A stretch of 32,000 bases of DNA. It comes from Nonlabens ponticola (GTDB taxonomy: Bacteria; Bacteroidota; Bacteroidia; Flavobacteriales; Flavobacteriaceae). The notes under the pieces are model-generated. The model made no database searches. It was not told the origin of the DNA and saw nothing but the letters and a program-made list of their open reading frames with translations. How positions within the stretch are numbered: position 1 is the stretch's first letter; the number at the start of each line of letters is the position of its first letter. The stretch covers positions 2,430,001 through 2,462,000 of the forward strand of contig NZ_CP034549.1 in the NCBI RefSeq assembly GCF_003966335.1. Direction: 5' to 3'. Shown here piece by piece: positions 16,657-26,330 of this stretch. The translations under genes were made by a program, and so were the position numbers.

Positions 16657-19281
16657 ATGAACTCCCAGAAAATAAGACAAACATTCCTCGAATATTTTAA
16701 AGAACGCCAGCATGAAGTGGTAAAAAGTGCACCCATGGTTATCAAGGATGACCCAACGCTCATGTTTACCAATGCTGGGATGAACCAGTTTAAGGAGTAT
16801 TTTCTAGGCATTAATGATCCTAACAACAAGCGAGCAACTGATACTCAAAAATGCCTGCGAGTAAGCGGTAAACACAATGATCTTGAGGAAGTTGGTGTAG
16901 ATACCTATCACCATACGATGTTTGAAATGTTGGGCAACTGGTCCTTTGGCGATTATTTTAAGAAAGAAGCAATTGCTTGGGCTTGGGAACTGCTCACTGA
17001 GGTTTACGGCATTGATAAAAACAGCCTGTACGTCACCATCTTTGAAGGCGACGCTAGCGAGAATCTAGATTGTGATACAGAGGCTTATAATTACTGGAAA
17101 GAATTAATTGCAGAGGATCGCATTCTTAATGGTAATAAAAAAGATAACTTCTGGGAAATGGGCGATCAAGGTCCTTGTGGTCCTTGTAGTGAGATTCATG
17201 TGGATATACGCAGCGATGCAGAAAAGGCCAAAATTGATGGTGCAAGTCTGGTAAATGCAGATCATCCTCAAGTGGTGGAAATATGGAACCTTGTTTTCAT
17301 GCAATACAACCGCATGGCAGATGGTTCCTTGAAAAACCTACCGGCACAACACGTGGATACAGGTATGGGCTTTGAAAGATTGGCGATGGTGCTGCAAGGC
17401 AAGCAATCCAACTATGATACTGATGTTTTCCAGCCACTAATAAGAGAAATTGAGACCATCACAGGTCGATCTTATAATAAGACAGTAGAGATTGACATCG
17501 CAATACGCGTCATTGCAGACCATGTACGTGCTGTATCTTTTAGTATTGCAGATGGACAATTGCCATCTAACACTGGTGCTGGTTACGTGATTCGCCGTAT
17601 TCTACGTCGCGCCATACGTTATGCGTTCACCTATCTAGACCGCAAGGAGCCTTTTATCTACATGCTTGTCAATACATTGTCTCGACAAATGGGTGAAGCG
17701 TTCCCGGAACTTAAATCGCAAAAGAATCTTATCACAAACGTGATCAAGGAAGAAGAACAATCATTCCTGCGCACGCTGGATCAAGGACTACTGCTACTTG
17801 ATAATGTTATTAATGAGACGACAGCTTTAGGAAATAAAACGGTCGATGGTAAGAAGGCCTTTGAACTTTATGACACGTATGGTTTCCCAATTGACTTAAC
17901 AGCTCTCATTCTCAGAGAAAAAGGACTGGAATTAGATGAGAAAGGTTTTGAAGAAGCTATGCAGGTTCAAAAAACACGTTCTCGATCTGCAAGTGAAACA
18001 GTGACTAGTGATTGGACTGAATTAAGACAGGACGACCAGCAGGAATTTATAGGATATGATAAGCTAGATGCTCAAGTATTTATCACACGCTATCGTAAGG
18101 TAACGACCAAAAAAGATGGCGATTTATATCAGCTGGTTTTTAATTTGACGCCGTTTTATGGCGAGAGCGGCGGCCAGACTGGTGATAAAGGATACCTAGA
18201 ATCCAGCGCTGGCGATACCATATATATTATAGACACTAAAAAGGAGAACGGTCAAACCATACATTTGACCAAGACCTTGCCTAAAGAATTACAATCATCC
18301 TTTAAAGCGACCGTAGATCAAAAACAACGTAAAAGAACGGCAGCAAATCATACAGCCACGCACCTACTACATCAAGCGTTACGCAAGATCTTAGGAACAC
18401 ATGTGGAGCAAAAAGGTAGTATGGTGCGCAGCGCGTCCTTAAGATTTGATTTCTCGCATTTTTCCAAGCTTTCTCAAGATGAGCTGGATCAGGTAGAGCA
18501 TTTTGTCAATGATCGTATCAACGAGCAGTTGGAACTACAGGAAAATAGAGCCAACACTTATGAGAACGCCATGGCCAATGGTGCGATAGGATTGTTTGGT
18601 GAGAAATATGGTGATGTAGTGCGCACGATCAAATTTGGCGATAGTCATGAATTGTGCGGTGGTACTCACGTTAAAAATACGGCAGATATTTGGCACTTTA
18701 AAATAGTTTCAGAAGGTGCTGTTGCAGCAGGAATACGCCGTATTGAGGCAATCACTGGTGATGCGGTCAAAGATTATTTTACAGAGCAGTCACAGCATTT
18801 TGAGGACATCAAGGCATTGCTCAACAATCCAGGCAAGCAACCTATTGAAAGCATTGAGTCTCTTCAAACTGAAAACAGCCAGCTTAAAAAAGAGATTGAA
18901 GAGCTTAAAAAAGCCAAAGCTGGAAACCTAAAACAAGAACTTATACAAAGCGCTGAAAATCATGACGGCATCAATTTTATTGGCACCAAAACAGATCTAG
19001 ATACTAAGAGCATCAAGGATCTTGCTTTTGAGATCGAACGCGAAATGGATAATCTATTTATGATCATAGGTAGTGATGCCAATGATAAAGCAACACTCAC
19101 GGTAATTATCAGTAAAAATCTGGTGGAAGAAAAAGACCTCAACGCTGGTACCATCGTTCGCGAGTTAGGCAAACATATTCAAGGCGGTGGCGGCGGCCAG
19201 CCGCACTTTGCCACTGCTGGTGGCAAAGATCCAGATGGATTGCAAGCAGCCATTGACGCCGCTAGAAAAATGGTCTCGTAG
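16657..19281 (+). CDS. alaS: Alanine--tRNA ligase
   Basis: 874 aa with class II aaRS AlaRS blocks ([28 protein letters not shown]), the editing-domain HxxxH motif ([11 protein letters not shown]), CGGTH, and a C-terminal DHHA1-like domain ending in [13 protein letters not shown]. Confidence 0.98.
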   Translation: MNSQKIRQTFLEYFKERQHEVVKSAPMVIKDDPTLMFTNAGMNQFKEYFLGINDPNNKRATDTQKCLRVSGKHNDLEEVGVDTYHHTMFEMLGNWSFGDYFKKEAIAWAWELLTEVYGIDKNSLYVTIFEGDASENLDCDTEAYNYWKELIAEDRILNGNKKDNFWEMGDQGPCGPCSEIHVDIRSDAEKAKIDGASLVNADHPQVVEIWNLVFMQYNRMADGSLKNLPAQHVDTGMGFERLAMVLQGKQSNYDTDVFQPLIREIETITGRSYNKTVEIDIAIRVIADHVRAVSFSIADGQLPSNTGAGYVIRRILRRAIRYAFTYLDRKEPFIYMLVNTLSRQMGEAFPELKSQKNLITNVIKEEEQSFLRTLDQGLLLLDNVINETTALGNKTVDGKKAFELYDTYGFPIDLTALILREKGLELDEKGFEEAMQVQKTRSRSASETVTSDWTELRQDDQQEFIGYDKLDAQVFITRYRKVTTKKDGDLYQLVFNLTPFYGESGGQTGDKGYLESSAGDTIYIIDTKKENGQTIHLTKTLPKELQSSFKATVDQKQRKRTAANHTATHLLHQALRKILGTHVEQKGSMVRSASLRFDFSHFSKLSQDELDQVEHFVNDRINEQLELQENRANTYENAMANGAIGLFGEKYGDVVRTIKFGDSHELCGGTHVKNTADIWHFKIVSEGAVAAGIRRIEAITGDAVKDYFTEQSQHFEDIKALLNNPGKQPIESIESLQTENSQLKKEIEELKKAKAGNLKQELIQSAENHDGINFIGTKTDLDTKSIKDLAFEIEREMDNLFMIIGSDANDKATLTVIISKNLVEEKDLNAGTIVRELGKHIQGGGGGQPHFATAGGKDPDGLQAAIDAARKMVS

Positions 19282-19282
19282 T

Positions 19283-19873
19283 ATGATGAATGATCCTTTC
19301 TTACAAGAACAAGAGCCGTTCAAAAGTGCAGATGAGAAAGAGCTGACCTTTGCCACCTTTGGCAATCGTCTCGCCGCGACCTTACTGGATACCTTGTTCA
19401 TTGTAATGCCGTTGGGACTGCTCAATGTACTCAATACGCTTTACTGGCGTGACTTTTATATCTATCTCGCTATCACGATTTGTATTCTAAGTTACAAACC
19501 CGTGTTAGAAACAATTTATGGCGCAACTTGGGGCAAGATGCTGATTGAAATCAAGGTGGTAGATTATGCTGGCGAACGCATTAATGCATTGCAAGCATGG
19601 CTGCGCAGCATTTTCACAGTATGCTTGACCTTAATCACCATACCATTTCAATATGCTATTTTCAATAATGAATACTTGAATAGCATTGATGGATTTATCA
19701 GCTATTCCACAGAAATGTCCATTGAGTATCCTGCACTAAGCACCATCTCAACCATCAATTTTTTCATCTTGACCATTGAAATCATCTTCTTAGTTACAGA
19801 TGTGCCTAGAAGACGTGCTGCCCATGACCGTATAGCTAAAACGTATGTCATCAAAGATCCTGAGACTCTCTAA
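19283..19873 (+). CDS. RDD family membrane protein
   Basis: ATG lies 1 nt after the alaS stop. Contains the RDD-type pattern (FGNRLAATLLDTLF ... AAHDRIAKTYVI) with 3 TM helices. The track's start at 19187 would overlap alaS by 95 nt. Confidence 0.78.
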   Translation: MMNDPFLQEQEPFKSADEKELTFATFGNRLAATLLDTLFIVMPLGLLNVLNTLYWRDFYIYLAITICILSYKPVLETIYGATWGKMLIEIKVVDYAGERINALQAWLRSIFTVCLTLITIPFQYAIFNNEYLNSIDGFISYSTEMSIEYPALSTISTINFFILTIEIIFLVTDVPRRRAAHDRIAKTYVIKDPETL

Positions 19874-19920
19874 TATTTGATTGTTATGAGAATTGCCGTT
19901 TATCCAGTAACTCAACAATT

Positions 19921-20211
19921 ATGAGCACCGCTGGTCACATACGAGCCATGATCACTGTCATGAAGAACAACGCTAGACGTAGAAAGACTAGTGATAAATC
20001 TATGGCTGGTGCAGAAGCTGGATCCCTTTACAAATCTGGATCAAAAGCACCAACTTTTACCAAAAAACAAATTGCTGATACCAAAAAGGCTATCAGAGAA
20101 AAGGCTCAAAAGGAACAGCGCAGGAGACTGCAACTATTGACCGTTGTGATCATTGCAACGCCTATTTTATGTTATGCGATTTACAAGTTGCTGGAATATT
20201 TGATCTTCTAG
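19921..20211 (+). CDS. Hypothetical small basic protein with a C-terminal TM anchor
   Basis: 96-aa ORF with a very K/R-rich N-terminal 65 aa and a single TM helix at the extreme C-terminus (LLTVVIIATPILCYAIYKLL). No family recognised. Confidence 0.45.
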   Translation: MSTAGHIRAMITVMKNNARRRKTSDKSMAGAEAGSLYKSGSKAPTFTKKQIADTKKAIREKAQKEQRRRLQLLTVVIIATPILCYAIYKLLEYLIF

Positions 20212-20251
20212 CGATCCCGTATCCTTAGTAAATGCTGCGTACATTTAGCTT

Positions 20252-21163
20252 ATGAAATTCACCACCAGCTTTGAGATTGAAAAGCATCCACTTCCTATTG
20301 ATCATGACAGTCATGTGGTTTTGCTAGGCAGTTGCTTCACTGATCATATGTATCGCAAATTGCGCTACTATGGCTTTGATGCTGTTTCAAACCCTTTTGG
20401 GATATTGTTCAATCCTTTCAGTATATCTCACCTGGTAAGCAAATCAATTCAGGATGATTTCAAGCTAGATGATGTAGAATCCACTTTTTCATATCTCGCA
20501 CATTCTGATATTGCCGGTGATGATCCTGATGCTGTTTTAACTGAATTGCAAACGGCTGGAAAAAAGCTGAAAGAAAGTCTTAATAAGGCAACTCATGTGA
20601 TTATTACCTTGGGCACTTCTTGGATTTATGAGCTCAAAGAAAGCAGCCAAATCGTTGCTTCCTGCCATCAACAGCCACAAAAACTGTTTGATAAACGATT
20701 GCTCAAGATAGATGAGATCAACCAAAGTTTGAATAAACTAATAGATCTAATCCAGGGCTTGACACAGGCTTCCATCCTATTTACCGTATCGCCAGTACGT
20801 CACACTCGAGATGGCATGGTTGAGAATCAACGCAGCAAGGCGCGTCTTCATGAGGCAATACAGCAACAAGTAGATGCAAAAAGAGCATATTATTTTCCTA
20901 GTTATGAGCTTTTTATGGATGACCTACGCGACTATCGTTTTTATGATCGTGATATGATCCATCCCAATGAAATAGGTGTAGATTATGTGTGGTTACGCTT
21001 TCGCGAAAGCGTAATCAACCAAAACACCGCAACAGCAATTAAAGCACTTGAGAAACTACGCAAATTAGAACAACACAGACCGAAAGACGCCGCAACTCAC
21101 GCTAGACAGGTTGATGAATTTAAAGTTAAAGTGCTGAATGAATTCCCTAACTTGACGCTATGA
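20252..21163 (+). CDS. GSCFA domain-containing protein
   Basis: Contains the family-naming GSCF motif (VVLLGSCFTDHM) and the later ...HPNE... block. 303 aa. Confidence 0.82.
   Translation: MKFTTSFEIEKHPLPIDHDSHVVLLGSCFTDHMYRKLRYYGFDAVSNPFGILFNPFSISHLVSKSIQDDFKLDDVESTFSYLAHSDIAGDDPDAVLTELQTAGKKLKESLNKATHVIITLGTSWIYELKESSQIVASCHQQPQKLFDKRLLKIDEINQSLNKLIDLIQGLTQASILFTVSPVRHTRDGMVENQRSKARLHEAIQQQVDAKRAYYFPSYELFMDDLRDYRFYDRDMIHPNEIGVDYVWLRFRESVINQNTATAIKALEKLRKLEQHRPKDAATHARQVDEFKVKVLNEFPNLTL
20993..21014. repeat. Iterated palindrome copy 5 (TTACGCTTTCGCGAAAGCGTAA, 22-bp perfect)
   Basis: Exact core at 20997-21010, inside the GSCFA CDS. It encodes WLRFRESVI. Confidence 0.95.
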
Positions 21164-21786
21164 TAAGAGGAATTAAAAACCTATTCATAGGTGCCGTCAT
21201 TATGCTAATTGTGGTCTTAATTTATAATTGGATAAGTGACAGCAATAATGAACAAGAGCAGCTAGACGCGCAAACAGCCTTAATCTTAAAACAGGTAAAT
21301 AACGTGAGTAAACTGGTCGTGACCGAGGCGCAGTTTGCCAAGGTGTACACCTATGAAAATACCAGAAGCTATGGTTGGGACTTTTATAGCAGCCGTAAGA
21401 CTGCGCTGATAATTTCCAACGCCAGCGTACAAATTGCCTATGATTTAAGAAAACTAGAAGTCGAGGTTGATGAAGATTCAAAAACCATTGAAATTAAAAG
21501 CATTCCTGAGCCAGAAATCAAGGTCGATCCAGATCTTACCTTCTACAATTTAGAGAATGGCCTGACCAATAAATTTGAAGCTAAAGACCTAAACACCATC
21601 AAGAAACGCATCAAAAAAGATATTATTGAGAAAGTAAGAAAGGATCAAATCCTTGCCAACGCAGAAAACAGATTGCTAAGTGAGTTAAGTCAAATCTATC
21701 TATTAAGTAGCGTCTATGGCTGGAAATTGGAATACGATGGCACCGAAGTCAATAGTGAAAAGGAACTCAAATATCTGTTGGATTAA
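21160..21786 (+). CDS. Membrane-anchored protein, DUF4230-like
   Basis: 208 aa with one N-terminal TM helix followed by a soluble domain. ATGA overlap with the GSCFA gene. The family assignment is from memory of the architecture, not from a search. Confidence 0.6.
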   Translation: MIRGIKNLFIGAVIMLIVVLIYNWISDSNNEQEQLDAQTALILKQVNNVSKLVVTEAQFAKVYTYENTRSYGWDFYSSRKTALIISNASVQIAYDLRKLEVEVDEDSKTIEIKSIPEPEIKVDPDLTFYNLENGLTNKFEAKDLNTIKKRIKKDIIEKVRKDQILANAENRLLSELSQIYLLSSVYGWKLEYDGTEVNSEKELKYLLD

Positions 21787-21848
21787 AGCCATCAAAAAAT
21801 CCTTGCAGTTTGCACCACAAGGATTCTCATCATCAAAACTAAAACAAA

Positions 21849-22322
21849 TTATGGGGTGTTGGATCGCTTCCTGCCGCGCAACTCTCTTAAGAGCTTACGC
21901 TTGAATTCAACCTCAGTTTTCTTGAGCTGCAGGAAACGTGTTGCTCCTATAACTTTAATCATCTTACGATAGCGTGATTCAAAATTACTCTCATTGAGCT
22001 CTGATTCTATCTCAAACATGCGGTCAACATAATCTGCGGCTTGCTCGTCTGACATGGTGTTGTAGTTAGAACCCAGCTCACGCATCAATCTTTTCTTTTG
22101 ACGATATAGCTTCTCGCGATCTTCCTTTACTTCATTGAACAGCGGCCAGAATTTTTGTGCCTCATCAGATGTAAGATTGAGCGCGTTTGTAATGTAAGCT
22201 ACCTCTAAAGCTTCAATTTTTTCTTGCGCTTGTTCAGTTTTTTGAATATTACTGACATTGCGCACTTGTGAAAATGCTGTGGTGCTTAGGGCAAGCACAA
22301 TTATTAGGATGCTATTTTTCAT
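21849..22322 (-). CDS. Periplasmic helical protein of the ECF module (Spy/CpxP-like)
   Basis: Signal peptide MKNSILIIVLALSTTAFSQ followed by a charged helical protein with an LTxxEAQKFWP-type motif. ATGA overlap with the upstream anti-sigma-like gene. Confidence 0.6.
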   Translation of the reverse strand: MKNSILIIVLALSTTAFSQVRNVSNIQKTEQAQEKIEALEVAYITNALNLTSDEAQKFWPLFNEVKEDREKLYRQKKRLMRELGSNYNTMSDEQAADYVDRMFEIESELNESNFESRYRKMIKVIGATRFLQLKKTEVEFKRKLLRELRGRKRSNTP

Positions 22323-22819
22323 TCTTCCATCATTTGGTTAAGGTCTACCTCATCTGCTAGGTAGTCGACGAGAACATCTTGATTAATGTCATTGTAGCTT
22401 TCATCTTCCAGAAAATCATCAGCGCCCAGATATAAAATCTCAAGGGCTTCCTCGTCTTGTGTTATGTCGGTTTCTGCGAGATACAGAATCAAATCTTCAT
22501 TATCTAGGTCGTCCATGGTAAAGGAATTGCTGTTCCAGAAACCATTCACAGCAATAGCAAACACGATAATTGCAGCAATGGCTAATAGCGGAGTGATCCA
22601 CGCTGGTTTATCAGAATCCATTTGAACGACCGGCTTATCAATCGTTTGATCCAGTAGGCGTTGCTCAAGATTTTCAAAGTATCCATCTGGAACTGTAAAA
22701 GGATTATCTCGAGAAGTATTTGAATCGTTAGTTATAGATGACAAACGAGCCAGATTTGATTCAAAGTAGCCGTCTGGCACCTTGAAACCTAGATCTTCAT
22801 GTTTGTTATTCTTTTTCAT
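22319..22819 (-). CDS. Putative anti-sigma factor (single-pass membrane protein)
   Basis: 166 aa, positioned directly after an ECF sigma gene. It has one central TM helix (WITPLLAIAAIIVFAIAV), a duplicated cytoplasmic motif F[KT]VPDGYFE (residues about 12-20 and 41-49) and an acidic C-terminus. Confidence 0.5.
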   Translation of the reverse strand: MKKNNKHEDLGFKVPDGYFESNLARLSSITNDSNTSRDNPFTVPDGYFENLEQRLLDQTIDKPVVQMDSDKPAWITPLLAIAAIIVFAIAVNGFWNSNSFTMDDLDNEDLILYLAETDITQDEEALEILYLGADDFLEDESYNDINQDVLVDYLADEVDLNQMMEE

Positions 22820-22849
22820 AATTCTATGACTGCTTTGAGCAGTGTTAGT

Positions 22850-23398
22850 TTAATCTCGTTTAAGGTACGCTTCAATTTTTTTTGCCGCAATATGATAGCT
22901 AGCTTTTACAGCACCTTCAGTAAGTTCAAGAATGCTGGCAATATCCTTGAATTTGATCTCATCATAATATCGCATATTAAAGATCTCTTTTTGTCTATCA
23001 GGTAATCTTGCAAGTGCTCGCTGGAGTTCGAGTTGAATTTCATCACCAGAAAAATAAACATCTGCTTCCAGTTGATCCACTAGATATTCTTGTAGCTCGG
23101 CACTTTCAATTTTTACGGTGCGTGACTTTTTCTTGAGAAAGGTCATGCTCTCGTTGTAGGCAATGCGGTACATCCAGGTGCTCAATTTACTATCACCTTT
23201 AAAATTGCCTATACCTCTATGAATCTTTATAAACACATTCTGGACCACGTCATCTGTGTCCTCGTGATTCAATAAAATCTTACGGATTTGCCAATAGATA
23301 TTCTGCTGATATTGTGCTACCAGTAAACGAAAGCCCTTATCCAGAGATTTGGGATCCTTGATAAGAGCGATGATTTCGTTTTCTGTTACTTGGCTCAT
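22850..23398 (-). CDS. RNA polymerase ECF-type sigma-70 factor
   Basis: 182 aa with region 2 (DDVVQNVFIKIHRGIGNF...STWMYRIAYNESM) and region 4 (LPDRQKEIFNMRYYDEIKFKDIASILELTEGAVKASYHIAAKKI). Confidence 0.9.
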   Translation of the reverse strand: MSQVTENEIIALIKDPKSLDKGFRLLVAQYQQNIYWQIRKILLNHEDTDDVVQNVFIKIHRGIGNFKGDSKLSTWMYRIAYNESMTFLKKKSRTVKIESAELQEYLVDQLEADVYFSGDEIQLELQRALARLPDRQKEIFNMRYYDEIKFKDIASILELTEGAVKASYHIAAKKIEAYLKRD

Positions 23399-23498
23399 TC
23401 AGGCTTTAAGACTAGCGTGTTTTGCAATAGTTTAATCACAATCAAAAAATTATGATTGGATCGATTTTTGCTTAGTTTTATCTTCAAATTTAATAAGA

Positions 23499-24221
23499 AT
23501 GCAACCTACTGAATTTAAACAAACACCATCAAAGTATCAGCCACTTATTGAGGTTGATGATACTACAAGAGCAACGTTTTACCGCAAGACGTACACTCAT
23601 GTCGCACTAGCAGTTTTACTTTTTATTGTTCTTGAAACCATGTTACTGCGCATCGATCCTTTGGTTGAGTTGATGCTAAGTCTAGCACAAGGCTGGACGT
23701 GGCTTCTAGTTTTAGGTGGTTTCATGTTTGCCACCAGCTATGCTGAGAAGTTAGCGCACACAACCCATGATAAGACCACACAATACGGAGCACTATTCCT
23801 TTTTGTACTGGCAGAAGCGATCATTTTTGTACCGCTTGTCTACATCGCTTTATTTTATGGCGAGATGGAATATTTCTCTACCATCAATCAAGCAGCAATT
23901 ATGACGTTGGCGTTGTTTACAGGCTTGAGTGCAGTCGTATTGCTAACCAAAAAAGACTTTTCATTCCTACGTAGTTTTCTAGCAATAGGCTTTGTAATTG
24001 CCATCGGCGCCATCATCGCTGGGATGATCTTTGGCTTTAATCTAGGTCTGGTCTTCAGCGCTGGAATGGTGGTACTTGCCGCAGGAACCATTCTATATCA
24101 AACCTCACAACTCGTCCACAAATACGACACCGATCAATATGTAGGCGCTTCCCTAGGCCTATTTGCATCCTTGATGCTGCTGTTCTGGTATGTGTTGAGC
24201 ATCTTTATGGGACGTGATTAA
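23499..24221 (+). CDS. Bax inhibitor-1/YccA family membrane protein
   Basis: 240 aa with 7 TM helices. The N-terminal FYRKTYTHVA motif and the overall pattern are typical of the BI-1/YccA family. Confidence 0.88.
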   Translation: MQPTEFKQTPSKYQPLIEVDDTTRATFYRKTYTHVALAVLLFIVLETMLLRIDPLVELMLSLAQGWTWLLVLGGFMFATSYAEKLAHTTHDKTTQYGALFLFVLAEAIIFVPLVYIALFYGEMEYFSTINQAAIMTLALFTGLSAVVLLTKKDFSFLRSFLAIGFVIAIGAIIAGMIFGFNLGLVFSAGMVVLAAGTILYQTSQLVHKYDTDQYVGASLGLFASLMLLFWYVLSIFMGRD

Positions 24222-24242
24222 ATCTTGGTACTTACTTAAAAC

Positions 24243-24271
24243 AAAAACAGCGCCCATTGGGCGCTGTTTTT
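24243..24271 (+). terminator. Rho-independent terminator (AAAAACAGCGCCC-ATT-GGGCGCTGTTTTT)
   Basis: 13-bp perfect stem with a 3-nt loop and a T-run, 22 nt after the BI-1 stop. Confidence 0.8.
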
Positions 24272-24371
24272 GTTTCTAGCAATAACTCTGAAAAGTCATA
24301 TAAAATAAGGTGTTCTTGATTTTTGTTATATTAAGAGCAATAACAGTAAACAATCTAATTAACTCTTTTAT

Positions 24372-25511
24372 ATGCCTATCAAACAGAAACTTTATATTCT
24401 TTCCATAGTTTTACTTGTATTGTCTTGTAAGACGGAAAATCAATCAGCCATTGAGCCAGAGCCTGAAAATATGAGTCTATTGGTAGGTGAGGTGAAAGAT
24501 TTTCCAGATAGTACCTGGATTTATCTAAGCTATGAAGGAAATGATGCAGACTCAACAATGGTCACAAAAGGTAAATTCCAATTCGAGCAAACAGTCGAAT
24601 ACCCAAAAAGTTACACGATTTACACAAAAAACCCGCCTAATTGGAGTAGTATTTGGTTAGAAGAAGGCACTACGACATTTAGCGCCAGGAATGGAGACTT
24701 CAGAAATGCAATAGCATCAGGAACTGCCACTCAAGAAGAAGACAATTCATTTGTTGAGTCGTTAGGAGGCTATTGGAATAAACAAGATAGTCTGAGATTG
24801 ATTTATATAGATACGTTGCAACCAGCTATAGAACAAGAAAAAGCGTCAGACTACGCAGCAAAATTAAGAGCCGATAAATTCAAAAAAGAGCAAGCCTACA
24901 TTGCCGAAAATCCTAATTCTTATTTAAGTGCTCACCTATTGGATTTTTATACAACTACTTATGGTTACGATACCGTAAACCTTCTTTTCTCAAAATTTCC
25001 GGACAGTTTAAAATCTTCTGCCTACGGTATGAGAATTAATAAGTTTCTTGATACAAATGAAAGTCCCGACATAGGTGATGACTACATAGATTTTACCCTA
25101 AAAAATGACACTGGCGAGATGGTAAAATTTTCCGAAGCTAGAGGTAAACTAACGCTTATTGATTTTTGGGCCTCGTGGTGTGGCCCATGTATTGAAGAAT
25201 ATCCAACATTAAAAAAAGTATATGAACAAAATAAAGCTAACGGCTTTGAAATAGTAGGTGTTTCACAAGACTTAAATGAAGAGCCATGGCTGGAAAGCAT
25301 TAAAAAAAATAGACTCAATTGGACAAACCTTATTAATGATAAAAATAGCCCAAGTGACCCATACCTGATTTATGGAATCAATGGTATTCCAGACAATTTT
25401 CTTGTTGATGAAAATGGTAAAATCATCGCACGCAACCTACGTGGTGAAGATCTTGAAAAGGCTGTAAAAGATTACTTCAAATATCGCCGACCTGATAACG
25501 ATGTCTTCTAA
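24372..25511 (+). CDS. TlpA-family thiol-disulfide oxidoreductase lipoprotein (N-terminal DUF4369-like domain + thioredoxin fold)
   Basis: Lipoprotein signal (LLVLSC) and C-terminal thioredoxin-like domain with WASWCGPC. 379 aa. Confidence 0.88.
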   Translation: MPIKQKLYILSIVLLVLSCKTENQSAIEPEPENMSLLVGEVKDFPDSTWIYLSYEGNDADSTMVTKGKFQFEQTVEYPKSYTIYTKNPPNWSSIWLEEGTTTFSARNGDFRNAIASGTATQEEDNSFVESLGGYWNKQDSLRLIYIDTLQPAIEQEKASDYAAKLRADKFKKEQAYIAENPNSYLSAHLLDFYTTTYGYDTVNLLFSKFPDSLKSSAYGMRINKFLDTNESPDIGDDYIDFTLKNDTGEMVKFSEARGKLTLIDFWASWCGPCIEEYPTLKKVYEQNKANGFEIVGVSQDLNEEPWLESIKKNRLNWTNLINDKNSPSDPYLIYGINGIPDNFLVDENGKIIARNLRGEDLEKAVKDYFKYRRPDNDVF

Positions 25512-25515
25512 TAAT

Positions 25516-25544
25516 AAAAACAGCGCCCCATGAGCGCTGTTTTT
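25516..25544. terminator. Bidirectional terminator between convergent genes (AAAAACAGCGC-CCCATGA-GCGCTGTTTTT)
   Basis: 11-bp stem flanked by an A-run and a T-run. Its stem sequence is almost identical to the terminator at 24243-24271. Confidence 0.75.
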
Positions 25545-25547
25545 GTT

Positions 25548-26234
25548 TTAATTAGTAATCGCTTTCCACTTTAAACCTTCTAGAATCGTTGTCAGTCCGG
25601 TAATCTTCTCTTTCTTACCTGCTTTCATATCGCTGTATATGGCATAGGGTGTTGCGCCAATTAACGTCGCTACTCCAGTAGCGCTTTCAACAAAGTTTTT
25701 ATCTTTTGCATCGGGCAAATCTGTTTGAAAAGAACCAAATGATATTGCTTCTAACTCGTTAACCAACGACACATATTTTAGTACATTGGATCCAGTGATT
25801 GCATCATCATCAGTAAAATACCTATTGATTTTACGGTAAAATCTTAAGGCATTTTTGTTGATCATATCCGCATTTAATTGATTGATGAAAATATCAACCA
25901 CTCTTTTCTCATTGATGTACTCTTTGATATAATCTGACCTAAAAATTCTCAACATAGAAATTCTTGCTTCAGATAGTGCTAAATCTGTCTCGATCTTCTT
26001 TTTCTCCTCATCACTCGCGGATTTGAGCGACTCCCGATAGGATTTGATCTTTTGATTCTCTTCATTTATAAAATTTTTGAACTGACCTTCATAAGAGTCC
26101 AGTTGCAACTCAGCATCAGATTTTATAAATGTTAAATAACTAACTAATCCTAAAGGTTTCACATCGTCTTTGGAAAGCTGGGAATAGCCAGATACATATA
26201 TTAGAAGTAAGCAAATGGTATAGAGTGTTTTCAT
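25548..26234 (-). CDS. Hypothetical secreted protein
   Basis: Signal peptide MKTLYTICLLLIYVSGYSQ (ATG 26234; the track's 26243 start is TTG) followed by a helical, K/E-rich protein. No family recognised. Confidence 0.55.
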   Translation of the reverse strand: MKTLYTICLLLIYVSGYSQLSKDDVKPLGLVSYLTFIKSDAELQLDSYEGQFKNFINEENQKIKSYRESLKSASDEEKKKIETDLALSEARISMLRIFRSDYIKEYINEKRVVDIFINQLNADMINKNALRFYRKINRYFTDDDAITGSNVLKYVSLVNELEAISFGSFQTDLPDAKDKNFVESATGVATLIGATPYAIYSDMKAGKKEKITGLTTILEGLKWKAITN

Positions 26235-26273
26235 GATAAACAATTTGATTCTAAACTAGAAACATTGTAAAGC

Positions 26274-26301
26274 AAAAAAAATACCCTTTAAAGGGTATTT
26301 T
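26274..26301 (-). terminator. Rho-independent terminator after ettA
   Basis: 24-bp perfect palindrome AAAATACCCTTT/AAAGGGTATTTT (26278-26301), preceded on the plus strand by an A-run that becomes a U-tail on the minus strand. 30 nt downstream of the ettA stop. Confidence 0.7.
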
Positions 26302-26330
26302 CTGGTACTAATGGAATGGGATCGAATATT

